A DNA stretch of 64,000 nt from the NCBI GenBank assembly GCA_963845245.1, contig CAWJRJ010000017.1, positions 128,001-192,000 of the forward strand. Direction: 5' to 3'. Source of the DNA: Nitrospirota bacterium. Lineage in GTDB: Bacteria > Nitrospirota > JACRHJ01. Under the pieces are notes generated by a model. The model made no database searches, had not been told where the DNA came from, and worked only from the letters and a program-made list of their open reading frames with translations. Positions 1-8,912 of the stretch are shown here, piece by piece; the first letter of the stretch is position 1; each line of letters begins with the position of its first letter. The position numbers were made by a program, and so were the translations under genes.

Positions 1-197
1 CGACCAAGTATTTTGGAGATGCGGCGGAGCTTTTGGGCATGGGCGTGCAGATGATAGCCATAACCGGCCTGTTCCTGCTGCCGTTCCTGGACAGGTCTCC
101 TGAGAAGAGCTGGAAGCGCAGGCCTACGTTCCGCATGGCTGTATATGGAGGCCTGATCGTCTTCGTGGGCCTGACCATCTGGGGGCATTACTCGTAA
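1..197 (+). CDS. Cytochrome b/b6 C-terminal (subunit IV/PetD-like) domain, 5'-truncated
   Basis: Manual translation from nt 3: TKYFGDAAELLGMGVQMIAITGLFLLPFLDRSPEKSWKRRPTFRMAVYGGLIVFVGLTIWGHYS*. Two TM helices flank the LPFLDRSP..RRP loop typical of the cytochrome b C-terminus. Not in the ORF track. Confidence 0.7.
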   Translation, partial: TKYFGDAAELLGMGVQMIAITGLFLLPFLDRSPEKSWKRRPTFRMAVYGGLIVFVGLTIWGHYS

Positions 198-263
198 GAG
201 ACCGCGGACAAACCCGTATAAAGGGAACGATAAATCTTTAGACGATTTCACAAGGAGAGTACC

Positions 264-806
264 GTGACCGGTAGAGTTTTCAAAAAAATCACTAAAACAC
301 TGGTTGTTGCGGGAATAATGCTTCTGGCGACGCAGGCATATGCCAAGGACAACCGCTGCGGCGAATGCCACACGTCAAAGGAGATGGCCTCCTTCGGCAA
401 CGTGATGGGCTGGGACAAGAGCGTCTATCAGGAAAAGAACACGCTTTGCCCCGGCATACTGGAGCTTAAGAAGGACACGTTCTTCACCGAGAGCAGGCTG
501 GTGAAGTACGACGAGTTCCTTACCCGCATGGAGGAAGAGACTCGCAGATACCCTCAGTTCCTTCGTGAGGACTTGACAAAGGCAGGCGTGGCCTACGCGG
601 ACCTTTCGGAAACCACCCCGACGTCTATAGAGGGGTTCAGCGGGCCGGACCTCAAGATCAAGAAGAATGTGGGCGGAGTGTACGAGAAGTTCAACAACCT
701 CAGGGACAACTACAAGATGGAGAAGGTCATAGGCCTTGGGCTCGTGGTCGTGATGTTGTTGGCATTCTTGTTGTCCCTTGGCCTTAAAAACACTATAAAG
801 GAATAA
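264..806 (+). CDS. Membrane-anchored monoheme c-type cytochrome
   Basis: Signal peptide (..AYA|KD), single CGECH heme motif near the N-terminus, C-terminal TM helix, AGGAG RBS before GTG. Confidence 0.7.
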   Translation: MTGRVFKKITKTLVVAGIMLLATQAYAKDNRCGECHTSKEMASFGNVMGWDKSVYQEKNTLCPGILELKKDTFFTESRLVKYDEFLTRMEEETRRYPQFLREDLTKAGVAYADLSETTPTSIEGFSGPDLKIKKNVGGVYEKFNNLRDNYKMEKVIGLGLVVVMLLAFLLSLGLKNTIKE

Positions 807-815
807 GAGGTTAGG

Positions 816-2597
816 ATGCAGAAGAGACTATTTGCGGTTCTTGCATTACTTTTAACTTCATTATTGCTTGTATCCTGCAAGGAGAGCGCCGAGAATAAGG
901 GTGTGGATCCGAAGGTGCTGGCAGCCACTGTCGAGAAGGCCATGAAGGCGGCCGACACGCTCGACAACATGAACTCCAAGGCATACGAGATGGGCCAGGT
1001 CGGTATGGCAATGGCCCAGCACGGCGCCGCCGGTGCCTCACAGGTGCTGGACGAGGCCCTCAAGATTGCCAGGGAGGCGCATTCACCGGCCAACAAAGCG
1101 ATGGTCGCAGAGTTCAAAGCCGATTCCGAGGGCTGGGGACCTAAAGAACTGGAGCAGATAACCCCTGCTATAGACAGGATAGAGAAGGCCACCGGAAGGG
1201 TGTGGACAATACGCTCCATAGCCGAAGGTATAGCGGTATCCGACAAGGGCAAGGCGAAGTCTATCCTTATGGATGCGGCCGCGGAGGCCGAGGCAATGAC
1301 GGACCAGAAGTACCGCGACCTCGACCTCAGGGGTGTATCGGCGGGCCTTGCAGGTATGGATGCCGAGGCAGCCATGGGTGTGGCGGGCAAGATAGCCGAC
1401 CCGAGGGTCAAGGCGTATGCCTTAAACGCAATCGGTACCGCAAAGGCGTTCTATGCTGCGGCAGATGCGGCAGACGAGATACTTAAGATGGACCCCAAGT
1501 CCGCTTCGCTTAGCGAAGATGCTCCCGAAGCGGTAAAGTCCGCCGTCCTCGGCGCTGAGAAGTCCAGGCTTCAGGCCGCCGCTGCGAAATCGCTTGCCGC
1601 AACCGCGAAGGCGCTTTACGGCACCGATATGAACAAGGCCCGCGAGATGTTCTCCAAGGCCGCCGGCATCGCCGACACGATAGAGCATCCCTACACCAAG
1701 TCCTATGCACTCAGCGACGTCGCAATAGCGATGGCTGCTGTCGATCCGGACAACGCCGGTCAGGTTGCGGAAAAAATCGATTCGGCTCACCACGATGCCC
1801 GCTTCGCCGCAATGATGAAGATTGCCGAGGCGAATGCGAAGAAGACAGGCAAGGCAAGCGAAGCAGACCTTGAGAAGGTCGAGGCGGAAGCAAAGAATAT
1901 CGACGACGGCTACGACAAGGCAAAGGCCCTCACGTCGGTTGCCTTGGCATATGTGCCCATAAACGCCGAGAAGGCGGAAGCAATTGTCAAGGACATAGAC
2001 TACCCGCAGTTCGTAAACCAGGTCTATGCCGCGATGGCCGTTGCCACCCTCAAGGACGGCGATGATGCCTTCACAAAGGCGATGGACAAGGTCAACGAGC
2101 CCAGCAAGATGATAAAGGCCGACCGCCTTTATCCGAAGGGCTATTTGATGTATGTCAAGGCGAAGGCGTTTTGTGATGCGGGCGACATCAAGGCCGCCAC
2201 GGACCCCGCCGCCGCGAAGAAGCTCTACGGCAAGGCCGCAGGCGCCGCCGCAGACTCAAAGAGCGGACAGCTTCAGTGGAAGATTGCCGAAAGGCTTTGC
2301 AGGCTTGACCAGGACAAGTTGTTTGATATGGCCGCGAAAATCGAGAGCGATGACGCAGTCAAGGCCGCCGCCCTTGCCGACATAGCCGCTGATTGGGCGT
2401 CCAAAGGTGATGCAAGGTCCGGTATGGTCTGGGACATGGCCACTAAGGCAGCTTCAGCGGTCGACGAAAATCCGAAGAGCTGCGAACTCCTGAACAGCAT
2501 AGCCGTCAAATGCGCCCAGTACGACAAGGCCAGGGCGGCCGCTATGTTCAGCAAGGCATATGAGAAGGCCGGCAAGATTGGCAAGATTGAAGGTTAA
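816..2597 (+). CDS. Ala-rich helical-repeat lipoprotein of unknown function
   Basis: Lipobox LLVS-C; recurring 'I.D...KA.AL..IA' helical units over 593 aa. Confidence 0.65.
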   Translation: MQKRLFAVLALLLTSLLLVSCKESAENKGVDPKVLAATVEKAMKAADTLDNMNSKAYEMGQVGMAMAQHGAAGASQVLDEALKIAREAHSPANKAMVAEFKADSEGWGPKELEQITPAIDRIEKATGRVWTIRSIAEGIAVSDKGKAKSILMDAAAEAEAMTDQKYRDLDLRGVSAGLAGMDAEAAMGVAGKIADPRVKAYALNAIGTAKAFYAAADAADEILKMDPKSASLSEDAPEAVKSAVLGAEKSRLQAAAAKSLAATAKALYGTDMNKAREMFSKAAGIADTIEHPYTKSYALSDVAIAMAAVDPDNAGQVAEKIDSAHHDARFAAMMKIAEANAKKTGKASEADLEKVEAEAKNIDDGYDKAKALTSVALAYVPINAEKAEAIVKDIDYPQFVNQVYAAMAVATLKDGDDAFTKAMDKVNEPSKMIKADRLYPKGYLMYVKAKAFCDAGDIKAATDPAAAKKLYGKAAGAAADSKSGQLQWKIAERLCRLDQDKLFDMAAKIESDDAVKAAALADIAADWASKGDARSGMVWDMATKAASAVDENPKSCELLNSIAVKCAQYDKARAAAMFSKAYEKAGKIGKIEG

Positions 2598-2629
2598 TCA
2601 GTAAATACTGTTCTTGAAAAGGAGGAAAC

Positions 2630-2986
2630 ATGAAAATCGGGGTACTTATAGAGGAAGGCCCGTACAACCACCAGGCCTCCGATACCGCCTACAAGTTCAT
2701 AGTGGCAGCCATGGAGAAGGGCAACACCATCCAGGGCGTGTTCTTCTATGACGACGGTGTTGGTAACCTGAGCAAGGCGATGGAGCCGCCGCAAGACGAC
2801 AGGCACATAGCGAAGAGGTGGTCGGAGCTTGGCGCGAAAGGTGTTGACCTCATTATCTGCGTAGCCGCGGCAAAGAGGAGAGGCGTCAACCCGGAGAACA
2901 TATTGCCGAACAGCCGCATCTCAGGCCTTGGCCAGCTCAGCGAAATATGCACCGATGCCGACAGGGTAGTTACCTTCGGCGACTAA
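2630..2986 (+). CDS. dsrE: Sulfurtransferase DsrE (TusD family)
   Basis: VFFYDDGV and ICVAAAKRRGV with the conserved sulfur-carrying Cys; ISGLGQL..D..VTFG end. Confidence 0.95.
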   Translation: MKIGVLIEEGPYNHQASDTAYKFIVAAMEKGNTIQGVFFYDDGVGNLSKAMEPPQDDRHIAKRWSELGAKGVDLIICVAAAKRRGVNPENILPNSRISGLGQLSEICTDADRVVTFGD

Positions 2987-3008
2987 AAGACTGAAAGGAG
3001 TAAAACCG

Positions 3009-3365
3009 ATGGCCAAGATAATGTTCGTAAACAGGAATGCCCCACACGGCACGATTTACGCCTGGGAAGGGCTTGAAGTCATGCTTATATTCGGAGCATT
3101 CGACAACGAGCTGGGCGCGATATACATGGACGACGGCGTATTCTCCCTCAAGAAGGGCCAGGACACCTCCGTGTTGGGCATAAAGGGCTTTGTCCAGACC
3201 CTGCCGGTCCTTGAGGATTACGGCGTGGAGAAGATATATGTCGACAAGGAGTCCATGGAGATGAGGGGCCTCACGCTTGAGGACCTTGCGATCCCGGTGG
3301 AAATGGTCGACTCAGCCCAGATTGGCAAGATAATGGCCGAGCAGGATGTCCTTCTGCCGTTCTAA
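3009..3365 (+). CDS. dsrF: DsrF (TusC family)
   Basis: APHGTIYAWEGLE, DDGVFSLKKGQ, SMEMRGL; lies between dsrE and dsrH. Confidence 0.95.
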   Translation: MAKIMFVNRNAPHGTIYAWEGLEVMLIFGAFDNELGAIYMDDGVFSLKKGQDTSVLGIKGFVQTLPVLEDYGVEKIYVDKESMEMRGLTLEDLAIPVEMVDSAQIGKIMAEQDVLLPF

Positions 3366-3396
3366 CAAATAAGCCGAGCATAAGGAGAGTATATAT

Positions 3397-3690
3397 ATGC
3401 TTCACATAGTTAATAAGTCCCCATATTCGAAAGACAGCATGGGCAGCTGCATAAGGACGGCCGCCAAGGGCGATCCGATACTGCTCATCGAAGACGCTGT
3501 CGTTGGCGTGCTTGCCACTGGCAAGATGGCCGACACTATAAAGGCAGCCCAAAAGGACCATGAAGTCTATGCCCTTATCGCCGATTTAAAGGCGAGGAAC
3601 ATCGACAAGATCGTAGACGGCGTCAAAGAGATCGACTACCTTGGCTTTGTAGCACTCGTGGAGCAGCACAGGCCGATGTCCTGGCTTTAG
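3397..3690 (+). CDS. dsrH: DsrH (TusB family)
   Basis: MLHIVNKSPY, LLIEDAV, ADLKAR, IDYLGFVALV..SW. Confidence 0.95.
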   Translation: MLHIVNKSPYSKDSMGSCIRTAAKGDPILLIEDAVVGVLATGKMADTIKAAQKDHEVYALIADLKARNIDKIVDGVKEIDYLGFVALVEQHRPMSWL

Positions 3691-3691
3691 C

Positions 3692-4354
3692 ATGTCCGCT
3701 CGCGAGGTCCTTGCCGGTCTTCTCAGGGAAAACAAGCCCGAAGATGTAATAGACCTCGCAAGGAAAGACAGGAAGCTGGTACGGGTACTTTCAGGTTTCC
3801 TGTATGATAACGAAGAGCTGCTTATGTGGCGGGCGGTCACTATGCTCGGCCACCTGGCGGTTGCAGAACCAGAGCTTGTCAAGCCGATAGTCAAAAGACT
3901 CCTGTGGTCACTGGCTGAGGAAGCAAGCATTGTAGGATGGGGTTCAAACCAGGCGTTAGGGGAGATATACCACAAAAACCCTGAGGTCGCGGGCAACGCC
4001 GGAAGGATCGCCGCCCACTTTCTGGACGATGAAGAGCTTTCGAATCCGGCCAACCGCAACACTACGATGCTTGCGGGCTCTATCTGGGCGATAGGCGAGA
4101 TCTCCGGGTCTGACTCTTCCCTCTCGATTGAGATGGCTCCGAAGCTGGTCGGTTTTCTGTCCGACCCCGAACCACAGGTCAGGGCGGTCACGGCCTGGAC
4201 GCTGGGAAGGCTGAAATACCAGCCGGCGGCGGCTGCACTTGAGGCGCTGTCCGGAGACGATGCCGTGACAGAGGTCTACGAGGACGAAGAACTGAAGCGG
4301 ATGGCAGTAAAAGATATTGCAGCGCTTGCCCTCAAGAATATTGTCGGGCCATAA
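3692..4354 (+). CDS. HEAT-repeat protein (DVU0298-like)
   Basis: WRAVTMLG, RLLWSL.EE, LWAIG-like and LSDPEPQVRAVTAWTLGRL HEAT units. Confidence 0.7.
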   Translation: MSAREVLAGLLRENKPEDVIDLARKDRKLVRVLSGFLYDNEELLMWRAVTMLGHLAVAEPELVKPIVKRLLWSLAEEASIVGWGSNQALGEIYHKNPEVAGNAGRIAAHFLDDEELSNPANRNTTMLAGSIWAIGEISGSDSSLSIEMAPKLVGFLSDPEPQVRAVTAWTLGRLKYQPAAAALEALSGDDAVTEVYEDEELKRMAVKDIAALALKNIVGP

Positions 4355-4480
4355 AGCCCTTGAAATAGCCACAGTCTGGAAAAATAAAAAGAAGGCAAAG
4401 GAGGTGAGCCTGGAAGAAGTGGAAAGCGCAGTTGTGAAGAGGTCGGGTTTTTATCGAAAAACGAAAAGGAGAAAGCTATA

Positions 4481-5662
4481 ATGTCCAACACCCCAATGAT
4501 AGACGAGCTTGAAAAAGGTCCCTGGCCAAGCTTTATAAAAGATATAAAGGAAATGGCCGGCAGGAAACCTATGTGCAAGGACCTTCTAGGACTCCTCGAG
4601 ATGTCCTACAAGGACAAGAGGACACACTGGAAGCATGGCGGCATCGTCGGCGTCCGCGGTTACGGCGGCGGCATCATCGGCCGTTACTCCGACAGCCCCG
4701 AGAAGTTCCCGAACGTTTCTCATTTCCATACCGTCCGTATCAACCAGCCCTCCGGTTGGTTCTACAACACCACGGCGATGAGATACATCTGCGACATGTG
4801 GGAGAAGTACGGTTCAGGCCTTACCAACATGCACGGCTCCACCGGCGACATGGTCATGATGGGCACCACGACCGACCAGCTTGAGGACATATTCACCGAC
4901 CTGTCCGAGCACGGCTGGGACCTGGGCGGCTCAGGCTCCGACGTCAGGACCCCGTCCTGCTGCAACGGCATGGCCCGCTGCGAGTACGCCTGCATAGACA
5001 CCATGGCGTTATGCCACGACCTTACCAACACGTACCAGGACGAGCTGCACAGGCCGGCTTTCCCGTACAAGTTCAAGTTTAAGATCTCCGGTTGCCCGAA
5101 CGACTGCGTCGCCTCGATAGCCCGTTCCGACTGCTCCATAATCGGGACCTGGAGAGACAACATCAGGCAGGACGACGCCGCGGTTGCCGAGTACGCCAAG
5201 GGCGGCAAGGTCGACATAGCGGGCGACGTCGTCGGCAAGTGCCCGACCGGCTGCATGTCATTCGACGGCGGCAAGCTCTCCATAGACAACAAGAACTGCA
5301 ACCGCTGCATGCACTGCATAAACGTCATGCCGAAGGCCCTCAGGATCGGCACCGACACCGGCGCGACCCTCCTTCTGGGCGCGAAGGCCCCGATCGTCCA
5401 GGGCGCGCTTCTCGCCTCCGTCATCGTGCCGTTCATGAAGATGGAGCCGCCATATGAGGAGTTCAAGGAGCTTATCGCCACCATCTGGGAGTTCTGGGAT
5501 GAGACCGGCGAGGCCAGGGAGCGTATCGGCGAGATGATCGTCCGCATAGGCAAGGGCAACTTCATCGAGGAAGTCGGCCTTGAGCCGCTGCCGGAGATGG
5601 TATGCGAGCCCAGGTCCAACCCCTACATCTTCTACGAAGAGTTCTTCGAAGAAGGCGAGTAG
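4481..5662 (+). CDS. dsrA: Dissimilatory sulfite reductase alpha subunit, reductive bacterial type
   Basis: [36 protein letters not shown]; siroheme/FeS motifs CNGMARC and [15 protein letters not shown] ferredoxin motif; RSNPY. Confidence 0.98.
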   Translation: MSNTPMIDELEKGPWPSFIKDIKEMAGRKPMCKDLLGLLEMSYKDKRTHWKHGGIVGVRGYGGGIIGRYSDSPEKFPNVSHFHTVRINQPSGWFYNTTAMRYICDMWEKYGSGLTNMHGSTGDMVMMGTTTDQLEDIFTDLSEHGWDLGGSGSDVRTPSCCNGMARCEYACIDTMALCHDLTNTYQDELHRPAFPYKFKFKISGCPNDCVASIARSDCSIIGTWRDNIRQDDAAVAEYAKGGKVDIAGDVVGKCPTGCMSFDGGKLSIDNKNCNRCMHCINVMPKALRIGTDTGATLLLGAKAPIVQGALLASVIVPFMKMEPPYEEFKELIATIWEFWDETGEARERIGEMIVRIGKGNFIEEVGLEPLPEMVCEPRSNPYIFYEEFFEEGE

Positions 5663-5726
5663 GCCTGGTTTAAAGCGGATGCATATTTAAATAAATACCA
5701 TATTACATTCATGGAGGAATTAGGAA

Positions 5727-6803
5727 ATGGCTGCTCCAAAAAGAAAAACTGATATAGGACCGCCCCATTACGAACAGATGCTCCACCCGATCGTTAAGGC
5801 CAACTACGGCAAGTGGAAGTATCACACGATCCCGAAGCCGGGCGTGCTCATGCACGTTGGTGAGTCCGGCGACAAGCTCTACACCGTCAGGGCCGCGTCG
5901 GCGAGGTTGGTCAGCATCGACAATATCCGCAGGATGTGCGACCTGGCCGACAAGTATTGCGACGGCTTCTTCCGCTACACCAGCCGTAACAACGTCGAGT
6001 TCATGACGGACAAGGAAGCCAACGTCGACGCGTTGATTGCCGACCTTACGGCCCTCAAGATCCCTGTCGGCGGCACGGGCCACTGCATATCCAACATAGT
6101 CCATACACAGGGATGGGTGCACTGCCACAGCTCCGCGACGGACGCCTCCGGCGTCGTCAAGGCCACCATGGACGAGCTCATCGACTACTTCACGTCCATG
6201 ACGCTCCCGGCGCACCTCAGGATAGCGGTCGCCTGCTGCCTGAACATGTGCGGCGCCGTCCACTGCTCCGACATCGCGATACTCGGCATACACAGGACCC
6301 CGCCGACCATCGACCACGACAAGCTCGGCAACATGTGCGAGATCCCGACCACCGTCGCCTCCTGCCCGAAGGCAGCCATCAGGCCGAAGATGGTCGACGG
6401 CAAGCAGTCGGTCGAAGTCATGGAAGACCTCTGCATGTACTGCGGCAACTGCTACACCGTCTGCCCGGCCATGCCGATAGCCAACCCGCTGAACGATGGT
6501 ATATCCATATGGGTCGGCGGCAAGGTCAGTAACACCAGGACCAAGCCGATGTTCTCCAAGCTCGCGATACCATACCTCCCGAACAACCCGCCGAGGTGGC
6601 CGGAAGTCACGAGCGCGGTCAAGAACATCGTCGAGACCTATGCCAAGGACGCAAAGAAGTACGAGAGGGTCGGCGAGTGGATCAACAGGATAGGCTGGCC
6701 GAAGTTCTTCGAGAAGACAGGGCTCGAGTTCACCAAGTACCACATTGATGACTTCACCCTGGCGTCGAGCACGTACAACAGCTCAACCCATTTCAAATTC
6801 TAA
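5727..6803 (+). CDS. dsrB: Dissimilatory sulfite reductase beta subunit
   Basis: [58 protein letters not shown]. Confidence 0.98.
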   Translation: MAAPKRKTDIGPPHYEQMLHPIVKANYGKWKYHTIPKPGVLMHVGESGDKLYTVRAASARLVSIDNIRRMCDLADKYCDGFFRYTSRNNVEFMTDKEANVDALIADLTALKIPVGGTGHCISNIVHTQGWVHCHSSATDASGVVKATMDELIDYFTSMTLPAHLRIAVACCLNMCGAVHCSDIAILGIHRTPPTIDHDKLGNMCEIPTTVASCPKAAIRPKMVDGKQSVEVMEDLCMYCGNCYTVCPAMPIANPLNDGISIWVGGKVSNTRTKPMFSKLAIPYLPNNPPRWPEVTSAVKNIVETYAKDAKKYERVGEWINRIGWPKFFEKTGLEFTKYHIDDFTLASSTYNSSTHFKF

Positions 6804-6815
6804 GGGGGAGGAACC

Positions 6816-7052
6816 ATGGCTACTGTTGAAGAATTAAAAGAATACATCTTCAAAAAGGTAGAGTCCTACTCGGGCAAGAAGCAGGTTAAGGTTCCTCAGA
6901 TGGTCGCGGAAGTAGTCGAGCATTATCCTGACGCGTCCAAAAAGGACGTCAAGGATGCCCTCAAGGAGCTCATCGACGACGAGAAGCTGGTATACGGCTA
7001 CTTCGGCGGTACGACTCTTGAGCTCCCGCATACGGAAGGAAGCGCCAACTAA
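6816..7052 (+). CDS. dsrD: DsrD (divergent winged-helix DsrAB activator)
   Basis: 78 aa directly after dsrB; KKDVKDALKELIDDEKLVY matches the DsrD helix, but the YWSSGST motif is replaced by YGYFGGT. Confidence 0.75.
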   Translation: MATVEELKEYIFKKVESYSGKKQVKVPQMVAEVVEHYPDASKKDVKDALKELIDDEKLVYGYFGGTTLELPHTEGSAN

Positions 7053-7090
7053 GTTGTATCTGGTTTGGCACAAGCGCTAGTATAAGGTCA

Positions 7091-7145
7091 GGCCGCGCAC
7101 CCTTCAGGACAGAAGTTCATGCGCCTGAAGGGTGCGTTGCCTTTT
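7091..7145 (+). terminator. Stem-loop between dsrD and dsrL (partial terminator or mRNA-stabilising hairpin)
   Basis: Perfect 13-bp stem CGCACCCTTCAGG (7096-7108) / CCTGAAGGGTGCG (7124-7136), then TTGCCTTTT. Confidence 0.6.
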
Positions 7146-7165
7146 AAACAACGGAGAACGAAGTC

Positions 7166-8848
7166 ATGGCATTGGTGAAAAAGAAGAAAAAAGATTACGG
7201 CGCGAAGTCTTCCGGCGCACAGGTCTCGACGCTGAGGCCGAAATACCAGCCCAAGACCCCGCCGTGCACCTTCAAGTGCCCAGCAGGCGTTGACATCCGG
7301 GGCTACGTAATGCACATCAGCCAGTCCGAGATGTATGGCAGGACTATCGACCAGTCCACGGCTGAGGCATGGTACATGCTGACGGACAAGAACCCCCTGC
7401 CGGCGACGACAGGAAGGGTCTGCCCGCACCCCTGCGAGAGCGAATGCAACAGGGCCAGCCTGGAGGGCGCGCTCAACATCAACAACATAGAGCGCTACAT
7501 GGGCGACTACGGGATAAACAACAACCTCCCGCTCAGGAAGCTCACCGAAGAGAAGAAGGCCGAGACTGTAGCTGTCGTGGGCGCGGGCCCTGCAGGGCTT
7601 TCCTGCGCTTACCAGCTTGCGCGCCGCGGTTACGGCGTCACGGTTTATGAATCATTCGAAAAGGCTGGCGGAATGCTGCGCTATGGCATACCCGCATACC
7701 GTCTCCCGGATAATATCCTTGACGCGGAAATAAAAAAGATCCAAGATATGGGTGTTGACATAAAGCTCAACACCAGGGTTGGTAAAGACGTCTCCATGGA
7801 CGACCTCAGGAAGAACAACAAGGTCGTATTCATGGGTATAGGCGCGCATGCAGGCAAGAAGCTGGGCGTGCCCGGCGAGGATGCCCCCAACTCCATGACC
7901 GGCGCCGAGTTCCTGCACAAGGTCAACCACGGCGAGACGGTCGATATCGGCAAGAAGGTCGTCGTGATCGGCGGCGGCAACAGCGCCATAGACGCGGCCA
8001 GGGTTGCGGTCCGCCTGGGCGCCGACGTCACCCTCTCCTACAGAAGGACCAGGGCCGAGATGCCGGCCATCGAGCACGAGATACACTCAGCCGAGGAAGA
8101 GGGCGTGCACTTCGAGTTCCTCACCGCCCCGGTCGAGGTCGTTAAGGATGCGAGCGGAAAGGCCACCGGCCTCAAGGTCCAGAAGATGGAGCTTGGCGAG
8201 CCAGACTCATCCGGCAGGCGCAGGCCCGTCCCGGTCCCCGGTTCCGAGTTCGTGATAGAGGCGAGCTTCGTATGCCCGTCCATCAGCCAGGAGCCAGAGT
8301 GGAACGGCATCGACAACATAAAGAACGAGTGGGGCTGGATATCCGCCGATGCAGGTACTGGCAAGACAGCCGTTGAGGGCGTCTTCGCCGGCGGCGACGT
8401 CACCAACCAGCTCGGCCTTGTCACCGAGGCGATAGGCCTTGGCAGGATGGCCGCCGAGGCGATAGACGACTACATCCAGAACAAGCAGAAGGAAGAAGTC
8501 GCCCCGTTGGCGGTCGTACGTTACCAGACGATGTTCACGGACTTCTTCCCCAAGAAGGAGCGGAACGAGACGAAGTTCATAGCTGCCGCCGATGTTAAGG
8601 GCAGCATGACCAAGGAGCCGATGCTCCCGCTTACGGACGACGAGTTCAAGGCGGAAGTCACCCGCTGCATGAGCTGCGGTCTCTGCTTCGACTGCGACAA
8701 CTGCTGGATGTACTGCTCGGACGGCGCCGTCGAGAAACTCTCGAAGGAGACCCCGAGGGGGACGCACTACGGCTTTATCCTGGAGAAGTGCCAGGGCTGC
8801 AAGAAGTGCGCAGAGGCCTGCCCCTGCGGTTACATAGATATGCTATAA
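7166..8848 (+). CDS. dsrL: DsrL iron-sulfur flavoprotein, NADP(H)-type (DsrL-2-like)
   Basis: LRP.Y..KTPPC N-terminus, GRVCPHPCE, two Rossmann folds (GAGPAG, GGGNSA), YRR motif, C-terminal RCMSCGLCFDCDNC and CQGCKKCAEACPCG ferredoxin domain; follows dsrABD. Confidence 0.92.
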   Translation: MALVKKKKKDYGAKSSGAQVSTLRPKYQPKTPPCTFKCPAGVDIRGYVMHISQSEMYGRTIDQSTAEAWYMLTDKNPLPATTGRVCPHPCESECNRASLEGALNINNIERYMGDYGINNNLPLRKLTEEKKAETVAVVGAGPAGLSCAYQLARRGYGVTVYESFEKAGGMLRYGIPAYRLPDNILDAEIKKIQDMGVDIKLNTRVGKDVSMDDLRKNNKVVFMGIGAHAGKKLGVPGEDAPNSMTGAEFLHKVNHGETVDIGKKVVVIGGGNSAIDAARVAVRLGADVTLSYRRTRAEMPAIEHEIHSAEEEGVHFEFLTAPVEVVKDASGKATGLKVQKMELGEPDSSGRRRPVPVPGSEFVIEASFVCPSISQEPEWNGIDNIKNEWGWISADAGTGKTAVEGVFAGGDVTNQLGLVTEAIGLGRMAAEAIDDYIQNKQKEEVAPLAVVRYQTMFTDFFPKKERNETKFIAAADVKGSMTKEPMLPLTDDEFKAEVTRCMSCGLCFDCDNCWMYCSDGAVEKLSKETPRGTHYGFILEKCQGCKKCAEACPCGYIDML

Positions 8849-8851
8849 TCC

Positions 8852-8888
8852 TTTATATCCGGGCCCCATTCCGGGGCCCGGATATAAA
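8852..8888. other. Perfect 16-bp inverted repeat directly after dsrL
   Basis: TTTATATCCGGGCCCC-ATTCC-GGGGCCCGGATATAAA; no clear U-tract after the stem on either strand. Confidence 0.7.
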
Positions 8889-8912
8889 ACGGATTACCGC
8901 ATAGGAGGGCAA

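Noticed and set aside
7066..7082. Sigma54 promoter upstream of dsrL (TTGGCAC)
   Set aside because: The -12 TTGC element is absent (CTAG at that position).
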